Source: Octopus sinensis
Lineage: Eukaryota
NCBI RefSeq assembly: GCF_006345805.1
Contig: NC_043000.1
Location: forward strand, 83,018,001-83,082,000
Length of the DNA stretch: 64,000 nt
Reading direction: 5' to 3'
The notes under the pieces are model-generated. The model worked only from the letters and a program-made list of their open reading frames with translations, had not been told where the DNA came from and searched no databases. Position numbers and translations under genes: made by a program. Below are positions 54,425 to 64,000 of the stretch, in pieces; position 1 is the stretch's first letter; every line of letters begins with the position of its first letter.

Positions 54425-55170
54425 TTGATTGAGGACTCAAACTCTGACATTATATTTCTTGACTTCATCAAAACCTTTGACAGAGTCAACCACAATTTCC
54501 TACTGTTAAAATTGCCCTACATTGAAATCTGTAGAAAACTGCTGCACTGGTTCAAGTATTTCTTGGTGAGCAGAATCCAACAGCCTATATTCAATGGAAC
54601 CCACTCAAACCCAGCAAAAGTTACCAGTGGTGTCTCCCAAGGAACTGCAGTAGGCCCGCTTCTCTTCATAGGCTATACAGACACATATCAAATGTCATCA
54701 AGCTCAGTGAAATAAAAATATTCACAAATGACTCAAGCTTCAAAAAATTATTAATGGAGAAGAAGATCAAATAAAACTTCTCCAGCCTAATCTACATGCT
54801 GTAAGCCAATGGGTGAACAAACGAAAACAACATGCTGCTAAATTAGGGAAAATTTGAATTCATGCACTTTGGAAAAGAGAATGTTTTCAAATAGCCATGC
54901 TCTCTTTCTTCACAAGAACCAATGACAATAACCAACAATATAAGAGATTTAGGAGGAACTGTGACAACCTCAGCTGAAGCAACCACATCAACTATAAAGT
55001 CAATATGGCTTGCAAGATGAGTTTCTAGATCCTCAGAACTTTCTGGTCCAGAGATATGAGTGTCATCATCCCCTTTTCTCTGCCTTTGTATGGTCATAGC
55101 AAGAATACTGTTTCCCACTGGGATCTATTCATATCAAATAAAACATAATGAAAATTGAGATACCCCAGAA
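54425..55170 (+). mobile_element. CR1/L2-like LINE RT fragment
   Basis: DIIFLDFIKTFDRVNH...SGVSQGTAVGPLLF. Confidence 0.8.
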
Positions 55171-56232
55171 AACAAAACAAAAAAAAAATTAATAGAATAT
55201 TAAATAGCATTCAGATTTCGAACATCTCTCAAAAGCCTCAACTGTAGGCATACTTTTCTAATGGTACTGAACTGTGTTCCATTCTCAATTTCCAGAAATT
55301 CTAAAGATGTAGGAACTTTCATATGTTGAAACAATTAAACAAAAGGCTCATTAAAAATAAACTTATTTGGGTAGATTGTGTCAATGCATCTGAGAGTATC
55401 ACTTGATCAAACAACCAGATACCTAGGTATGAATAAACCTCCATTTTCTTTGGTCCTACCAAATGTAATATCTTGGAAGATTGCAGTATAGAAGAGCTTG
55501 GGCAAATTGATCAATTTAACATACTTGAAAGAGCACTGTGAACTTGGAATAGGTCTTCGCTGGATGCAGTTATAGGTATTTTCCTAAGTAAATTAAACCT
55601 TTTCACTATTTTTTAGATAAACATTGAAATGCATCACACTCAGGTGCTGTTCATGGGTAATTTCAAGATTCTTTACCCTCTGTCATTGATATTGGTTTCA
55701 AAATTTGACACAAGGGTAGCAATTTCAGGGGAAGAGGCTAAGTCAATTACATCGACTCCTGTGTTCAACTGGTACTTAATTTATCAACCTCAAAAAGATG
55801 AAAGACAAAGTCAATCTCAGCAGAATTTGAACTCAGAACGTAAGGATGTATGAAATGCTACTAAGCATTCTGCCTGGCATGCTAATGATTCTACTAGCTT
55901 GCCATCTTACCCTCTGTTATCAATATTGATATAACTTCCTATTGGTAAGGCATAATTTCATCAAGATGGTTTCAGTCTGATTTTTGGACTGAGAAACATA
56001 ACCTGACCACTTCTACCAATAAAGTCAACTGGATCAGATTCATAAGTTGTGTTTTTGCTATATTCAAATGATGCTATATTCAAATGATGGTCTTTCTTCA
56101 ACTTTCCACTCTTCTTTTCTTGTTGTTTGATTTCATGGCTTGGCTTCTGGAAGACAATTTCCTTCTTCAACATTTTCATTTTGTCTTGATCTTTTGTTGA
56201 CTGTCCCTATCCATTCAGCATGATTCATATTA

Positions 56233-57521
56233 CGAGGGGCGTTCAATAAGTAATGCCCCTGACCCACTTCCCATAGCAGTAGAGCAACGAAACTTGGCAC
56301 AGTTATTAGTCTTTTTCTACATAGGAACCACCCAGAGTTACGCATTTCTCCTATCATTTGATGCGGCTCTGGAGACCGTTTTTGTAGAAGAACCCAGCTT
56401 GGTCCTCCAACCTCAACGTGACTTCAGAAATCAAGGCTGCATCATCTGGGAAACGCTTTCCTTTCAAAAACAACTTCATGATTGGGAAGAGGTGAAAATC
56501 AGAGGGTGCAAGGTCAGGAAAGTAGGGGGGATGGGAGGAGTTCATAGCCATACGCCTGTGCTTCTGATCTGGCGACAAGCGAGTTGTGGACGGAGCATTG
56601 TCCTGTAGGAGGAGGATGCCTTTGCTGATCTTACCCCACCTCTTGATTTTGATAACTTCTCTTAATTTCCTCAAAAGTGAAGCATAATAAGCTCCTGCAA
56701 TCGTGGTACCCTTTGTCAAGAAATCTGTCATCACTACTCCGTCCTGGTCCCAGAAGACTGTGAGCATGACCTTGCCAGCGGAGGGCTGCACCCTTGCCTT
56801 CTTTGGAGGAGGTGAGTCATGGTGCTTCCACTGCATTGACTGGGCTTTGGTCTCTGGATCATCGTGATGGACCCAGGTTTCATCTTGTGTAATCAGTCTT
56901 TTGAAAAATTTTGACTCATCTTCTTGGCACATCTCCAAATTCACCCTCGAGCACTCGACGCGTTCTTGCTTCTGGAAAGGCGTGAGCAACCTGGGAATCC
57001 ATCTGGCAGACACCTTTTGCATATGCAAATGGTCATGAATGATAGTTTCCACAGACCCGTTACTAATCTTGACCTCATGGGCTATTTCGCGAATAATTAT
57101 GCATCGATCTTCCAAAATGGCAGCCTCAACTTGACGGACAGATGCCTCATCAATGGCAGAAGGGGGCGACCAGATCTGGGAGCTGTTTCCACAGAGTTCC
57201 GACCATGTTTGAATTCACGATGCTAGCGTTTTACAAGGTCATATGATGGGGCATCATCACCATAAGTTACTTTCATTTCATCAAAAGTCTCCCGTGGTGT
57301 GCGTCCTTTCAAATACAAAAACCGGATCACTGCTCGACACTCAACAGGCTCCATTTCACACTTGACTCGGTTCAAACACCTGTAAATCAGAAACCACAAT
57401 TAATTCAGAGCTGTAATTTGCCACTTATTCTATAGAGATATAAATGATTGCACATGCAAAATTTCAGCTAGATCAAACAACTGCAAGTGGGTCAGAGGCA
57501 TTACTTATTGAACGTCCCTCG
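56233..57521 (-). mobile_element. Mariner (DD34D) transposon, full length but frameshifted
   Basis: TA target duplication 56231-56232 and 57522-57523; TIR CGAGGGGCGTTCAATAAGTAATGCC; motifs SARWIPR, ITQDETW, LQDNAP, YFPDLAPSD; a stop in the N-terminal part. Confidence 0.95.
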
Positions 57522-57701
57522 TACCTAGCCATTGCAAAAATGCTCTTCTCATTTTTAAATTCTGGAAACTTTTAATGCTCAAACTTTTGAAGATGAACAG
57601 CTTAAGATTTTCTTTTTAGTCTTACACTAAAAGTAAAATTTTGAACTTTTGAGAGACAAACATTTTATTGCAATAAGAATAGGAAATAAATATATCTGTA
57701 C

Positions 57702-57734
57702 CTTTTTCCGTTGTGCCATTGACTCAGTCAGACT
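57702..57734 (-). CDS. CFAP54: CFAP54-like micro-exon (most 5' exon found), SLTESMAQRKK
   Basis: ctttgtatttttAG|...AAAAAG|GTacag; 33 nt, phase 0/0, fits the neighbouring phase-0 exons. Too short to confirm by homology. Confidence 0.55.
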
Positions 57735-57894
57735 CTAAAAATACAAAGATATTTATTTTAAGAATACTTAGAGAATTTTGTTTACTACCCACAGTTATCA
57801 ACACAAAATCTACTTTTAGTCTCACACAGAAAGTAAAATTTTTAACTATTCTGGGACAAATGCTTTATTACAATAAAAATGAGAAATAAATATC

Positions 57895-60489
57895 CCTGGA
57901 AAGACTGGAAAAATTATGGAAGCAGAGAATTATGTCAGGTAACCAAAAGGGAAGCTAGGCGACATGGTTACATAGTGAAAGGAATAGCAGAGATTTGCAA
58001 ATGTTCTACAGCATGAGGATCAGAGGCATGAGGTGTTCAGGATTGCAAAGCAGTGTATCAGAGAGAATAGAAATGTGGTGGATGAGAAATGTGCATGAAT
58101 GGATAATGGTATGCTTGCACTTAGTGACTCAGAAAAGAAAGATGCATGGAGGTGCCACTATGAAAGGTTATTAACTGTGGAAAATGAATGAAACAGGGAG
58201 AGTCTTTCAATTATTGAACCAATTGAGGGACCAGTCATCAGAATTGATAGTAGTATAATAGATATGGCAATTAAGGATGTGAAGACAAGGAAATCCCCTA
58301 TGTCATTGGGTATCACTGCTGAGATGATTAAAATATCCGGTGGTGTGGGATACAGCCTAGTCACTCACATAGTTAATCAGGTTACTCAGGAAGGTGTCAT
58401 CCCCAATGATTGGTGTAGTAGTATTATAGTTAGCTGCTACAAGGGTAAAGGTGATGCCTTAGATAGAAACAAGTACAGTGGTATCAAACTGCTTGACCAG
58501 GTCATGAAATTTATTGAGGGAGTTGGAGCTCAATTGATTAGGAATAGAATTAAACTAGATGAGATGTTGTGTAGTTTTGTTCCTGGGAAGAGTACTAAAG
58601 ATACCATCTTCCTAGTGAGACAGTTACAAGAAAAGTATTTGGCCAAAAGTAAACCATTGTACTTAGCTTTCATTGACCTGGAGAAAGCTTTTGACAGAGT
58701 TCCCTGCTGTTATCTGGTGGTCTCTAAGGAAGTTAGGAGTGGCTTGTTAGAGCTGTAAAAGCCATGTACAGCAATGCTGTTAGTAAGGTGAGAGTCAGCC
58801 ATGAATACAGTGATAAATTTAGCATACAGGTAGGGGTTCACCAGGGCTCGGTTCTTAGAACACTCTTATTCATCATAGTCCTCCAGGTCATAACAGAGGA
58901 ATTCAAAACTGGATTCCAAGTATGGAAGCAAAACCTAGAATCAAAGGGCCTTAAAGTTAACCTAGCAAATAACGAAGTTGTTGTCAGCGAGAAAGCAGAT
59001 AAGACTCTCTTTCCATCAAGTAAATGGCCCTGCTCAATATGTAGGAAAGGAGTGGGAAGTAATTCCATATACTGCACCCAGTGTAAGCAATGGACACATA
59101 AGGGAATCACAGGCAGATTAACAGATAATGTCACCTGCATGTGTGGCAGATGTGCAGGAACAACAAGCACTAAGAGAACTCTAGACTTAGACCCTCTCAA
59201 ATGCCCAGAAGGCTCTCTTGAGGTGGTAGATAGTTTCTGTTACTTAGGTGACCAGATTAGTAATGGTGGTAGATGCTTTGAAAGTATTGTTTCTAGAATA
59301 AGAATAAGATGGAACAAGTTCAGAGAGCTATTACTTCTGTTGGCAACAAAAGGACTCTCTCTCAGAGTGAAAGATACATTGTATGATGCTTGTGTATGAT
59401 CGGCTTTACTCCATGGTAGTGAAACATAGGCTCAGAATGCAGAAGACATGCATAGACTAGAGAGGAATGAAGGCAGTATGCTTCGCTAAGATGTGCAACA
59501 TCAGTGTACAAGATAAAGTGCAAATGTGTTGAGAGAAAAGTTAGGTATAACAGAAATTAAATGTGGCATGTAGGAGAGGAGACTACTTTGATTTGGACAT
59601 GTAATGCATATGAATAAAGACAGTTATATAAAGAAGTGCCAGTGACTAAAAGTGGATGGTACCTGTGGAAGAGGGAGACCCAGGAAGATCTCAGGACTGT
59701 TGCAGGTCATGTAGAAAAGACAATGGCCTGAGATGTTTGGTGATATGAGCTTCTAGAGAAGACCTGCCTATGTCAGTGAAATTGAGTGCTAGAAAAATTA
59801 TGTCCCACCCATATGTAAGGATAAAATTTTCACACACCCTACCTCAAGAAACCAATCAACATCTCCTCTTCCAAACTGAATCTTTTCTCTTCCTCACATT
59901 TCCTCTTCATACATTATGATTATCTCCCACTTGCCATCCCTGCCCTCCCTGCACTGCTCACTGTTTCCCCTCCCCCACTTTATACCCAGGTTCTCACCAG
60001 TCACTGCAATCCCCACCACTACTCCCAACTCATGCCTTCTTGGCAATACCTGGCCACATATATTATGACCTCCATACCTTGAAGGCATTCACTGGCAATT
60101 GCTACAATTTATCTCTCTGTTTCTGTCTCTGTCTCACTATAACCTTTCATCATCTGACATATGGTCACCTCCTCCAATGCCTCCTCCCCTCTCAAAAATT
60201 CCTTGTCTTGGTGACCTTGCCGGTGCCATGTAAAAAGTATCCAGTCTATATTGTGAAGTGGTAGGGCATCCAGCTGTAAAAATCATGCCAAAACCAACCT
60301 TGCTTGTGCTGGTGGTACATAAAAACCACTGAGTCCACTCTGTGGGGTGGTTGGTGTTAGGAAGGGCATCCAACCATAAACACCATGCCAAAACAGACAC
60401 AGAAACCTGGTGTAGTCTTCTACCTGCCTGCCTCCTGTCAAACCATCCAACCCATACTGGCATGGAAGGTGGATATTAAACAATGATGA
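57895..60489 (+). mobile_element. 5'-truncated RTE-clade LINE, decayed
   Basis: ORFs 58264-59399 RT homology; YADD segment deleted; 3' UTR ends in an atgatgat tail. Confidence 0.88.
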
Positions 60490-60518
60490 TGTATCTTTTT
60501 CTGATGTGTAACAGACTC

Positions 60519-60745
60519 GGACAGAAAATATATGAATTCTGTAGACAAGGCCAGAACAGTACTGCAGGAGTATTTTTCATCACAGATGAGTGAATTTTGG
60601 AAGAGGGGCCTTGCAAGTCTACCAGATAGATGTAATAGCATTGTATAAAATGAAGGAGAGTATATTTTAGATGAAAAAAAACTTTCTTAATTATGAAAAA
60701 TAAAAGAAGTATAAAAAAAACTGCATTATTTATGGGATGACCCAA
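60519..60745 (+). mobile_element. Mariner 3' fragment
   Basis: EYFSSQMSEFWKRGLASLPDR...EGEYILD plus a TIR-like end. Confidence 0.75.
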
Positions 60746-60774
60746 TATATATATATATATATATATAGACATAT

Positions 60775-61020
60775 CTTTATTACTGTCACACTGCCTTCTG
60801 CACATGCACGCTTATAGTTGGTACTATTGTGGTCACATGATTGAAGTTTGAGCCAGACTATGCTGTTTTTCTTTCTGGTTTTACAGTGTAAACATGCTCG
60901 CTCCACTAGCAATGTGCACCAAAGAAGAACAAAGATCAATGATCTGATTTCTCTGGTCAGAAGGTGTGTCAGGTGCTGAAATTCATAGGAAGCTTTTAGC
61001 ACAATAAAGAGACAGTGCTC
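60775..61020 (+). mobile_element. Mariner 5' fragment
   Basis: CTKEEQRSMI*FLWSEGVSGAEIHRKL, mariner N-terminal HTH. Confidence 0.7.
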
Positions 61021-61147
61021 AAACTTCAATCACAGGACCACAAAAGTGCCAAATATAAGCGCATATGCCCAAAAAACAGTATAACAATAATAAAGATATA
61101 TAATGGCAAAAGTGTAAATAATTTTTGACTTCCCCTCACATATATAT

Positions 61148-64000
61148 ATCATCATCATCATCATCGTTTAGCGTCCGCTTTCCATGCTGGCATGGGTTGG
61201 ACGGTGCAACTGGGGTCTTGGAAGCCAGAAGGCTGCACCAGGCCCAGTCTGATCTGGCAATGTTTCTACGGCTGGATGCCCTTCCTAACGCCAACCACTC
61301 CATGAGTGTAGTGGGTGCTTTTTACGTGCCACCTGCACAGGTGCCAGACAAGTCTGGCAAACGGTCATGGTCGGATGGTGCTTTTTACGTGCCACCAGCA
61401 CAGAGGCCAGGCAAGGCTGGCAACGGCCACGATCGGATGGTGCTTTTTACGTGCCACTGGCACGGAAGCCAGTCAGGGCAGCACTGGCAACGGCCACGTT
61501 CGGATGGTTCTCTTATGTGCCACCAACACTGATATCACAGCGACAATTTCCATTCATGTTGATCAATTTTGATTTTTGATTTTTTGATTTTTTGATTTTC
61601 ACACAACTATCTTCATTCATTCTCGCCACATGGCCATACCAGCACAAACGTCTCTCTAGCACACAGCAAATGATGCTTCTTAGGTCCAACTTCTCTCTCA
61701 AGGTACTTACACTCTGTCAAGTATGAACACTGACATTACACATCCATCGGAACATACTGGCTTCATTTCTTGCGAGATTACGCATATCCTCAGCAGTCAC
61801 GTCCCATGTTTCACTGCCATGTAGCATGGCTGTTCGTACACAAGCATCATACAGTCTACCTTTTACTCTGAGCGAGAGGCTTTTTGTCCCTAGCAGAGGT
61901 AAGAGCTCTCTGAACTTTGCCCAAGCTATTCTTACTCTAGCAGTTACACTTGCAACACATCTGCCCCCACTACTGACTTGGTCACCTAGGTAACGGAAGC
62001 TATCAACTATTTCTAGTTTTTCTCCCTGGAAAGTGACGGGAGTTGGTCTCAGAGCATTTTCGGTGTTTGTTGCTCCTGAGCATCTGCCACATACAAAAAC
62101 TATCTTCCTAGTTAGCCTTCCCTTGACGTTGCTGCACCTCTTGTGTGTCCATAGCTTATACTTGGTGCATCTTATAGAGTTTCTACCTACGCCTTTCCTA
62201 CAGATCGAGCAAGGCCATCTACCTAAAGGCGTTTGTGACTTGTCTACCTTCCTACTTATTAGGACTTTGGTTTTAGCTAGGTTGACTCTAAGGCCCTTCG
62301 ATTCTAATCCTTGCTTCCACACCTGAAACTTCTCCTCCAGTTCTGATAGTGACTCAGCAATTAGAGCAAGGTCATCAGCATAGAGGAGCTCCCAGGGGCA
62401 TCCTGTCTTGAATTCCTCCGTTATTGCCTGGAGGACTACGATAAATAGGAGGGGGCTGAGGACTGAACCTTGGTGGACCCCTACCTCTACCCGGAATTCT
62501 TCACTGTACTCGTAGCCAACCCTCACCTTACTAGCAGCGTCCCTATACATGGCTTGCACAGCTCTCACTAACCATTCATCTATCCCTAATGTCCTCATTG
62601 ACCACCAGATAAGAGATCGGGGGACCCTGTCGAAAGCTTTCTACATGTCAACGAAAGCCAGGTACAGGGGCTTATCTTTGGTTAGATATTTCTCCTGCAG
62701 CTGTCTTACCAGGAATATGGCATCAGTGGTGCTTTTCCCTGGCATGAATCCAAACTGCATCTCATCTAAACTAACTCTCTCTCTAAATAGTTGGGCTATG
62801 ACCCTCTCCATAACCTTCATTACCTGATCCAACAGCTTGATACCTGTAATTATTTGTATCTAGGGCGTCACCTTTACCTTTGTAGCAGTTGACTATTATG
62901 CTGCTACACCAGTCATTGGGTATGACTCCTTCGTGTATTACCTGGTTAACTATACGGGTGACTAGGCTATAGCCTGGGCTTTCCCTGTCTTCATGCTTCT
63001 AATTGCCTCAATTACCAAGAAACTGTCAACTCGGATAGCTGGTCCCTCTGTTGGGTCGACATTCGGCAGACTCTCTTTATCCCATTCATTTTCTTCATTC
63101 AGCAACCTTTCATAGTGGCGTCTCCACACCTCTCTCTTTGCATCCTCATTTAGCGCAAGTGAACCATCATCCATGCGAACACATTTCTCTCCTACCACAT
63201 CATGATTCTCTCTCACACACTGTCTTGCAACGCGAAATACCTCAAGTCTTTGGTCCTCACGGCGCAGAACATTGGCAAATTTTTTCTTATCTGCTTCCTC
63301 TCTGGCTAAATAAACCTGTCTCCTAGCTTCTCTTTTGGCAGTCTGATACAATTCCCTGCTACCCCCATTTTTCCAGTCCTTCCAAGCCTGTCTCTTTTCT
63401 CTAATAGCCCTGTCTACAACATTGTTCCACCACCACGTTATTCTAGGTCGAGAGGGGACTTTGCACCAGACACAGATCTGGTCAGTGGCTCTCAGCAGGT
63501 TGTCCCTTAGAAACGTCCAGTTGTCTTCTACCCCCTGTGATGCTCTATCCCCTTCTACTTCGTCAAAGGTTTCAAGTAATATGTCCCTAAATCTCTGTCC
63601 ATTTGCAGGATCTTTAAGCTTCTAGATCCTTCTTCTCCATGTTGGTCGTCTTCTGGTCATCCTCTTAGTCCTGATCCTAAAGTCACTAACTACCAGTCTA
63701 TGTTGTGGGGTACATTTTTCGCCTGGGAAGGTTTTGGCATTTATAAGCAGCCATCTTTCCCTTTTCCTGGCAAGGATGTAGTCAATTTGGCTGGTATGTC
63801 GACCCGATCGGTAGGTGACTAGGTGGCTGGTAGGTTTCCTGAAGTTAGTGTTGCAAACCATGAGATCATTTGCGTCGCAGAACTCCAGGAGCCTGGTTCC
63901 CTCCTTGTTGCGGGAACCATAGCCATAGCCTCCAGGTACACCATGGAAGCCCCCAGCATGTTTTCCAACATGCCCATTGAAATCACCAGCCACAAAGAGA
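61148..64000 (-). mobile_element. RTE-clade LINE, same family as the 16459 copy, runs off the window edge
   Basis: APE C-terminal part, RT with LLYADD, PHD-like finger, 3' UTR repeats, (ATG)n tail; high visible similarity to 16459-19515. Confidence 0.93.

Noticed and set aside
56354-57115. 253-aa transposase ORF as an active or domesticated gene
   Set aside because: The upstream part has a stop and a frameshift, and the region after DNAP is scrambled by further indels.
60438-60641. Minus ORF LARPLFQNSLICDEK... as a CFAP54 exon
   Set aside because: Mostly the antisense of a mariner C-terminus, and the donor position reads AT, not GT.

Overview
AT-rich, repeat-dense eukaryotic DNA, probably octopus (inferred from the SINE, RTE-LINE and Penelope repertoire and the microsatellite load; not provable from this window). 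One host gene spans the window on the minus strand: an internal part of a CFAP54-like gene (cilia- and flagella-associated protein 54). I reconstructed 16 GT-AG exons from 57734 down to 1848 whose phases chain into 2118 nt / 706 codons without a stop; both gene ends lie outside the window. The introns hold RTE LINEs carrying a PHD-like C4HC3 finger, two internally deleted Gypsy LTR elements, mariner (DD34D) and maT (DD37D) transposons, TTAA MITEs, CR1-like fragments, many SINEs and microsatellites. The most interesting non-coding signal is a set of Penelope-type inverted repeats carrying hammerhead-ribozyme-like motifs with palindromic helix III, from at least three sequence families; the best is a 78-bp near-perfect hairpin at 3568-3730. 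There is also a tandem duplication of a 33-nt micro-exon whose second copy is dead and split by a LINE.
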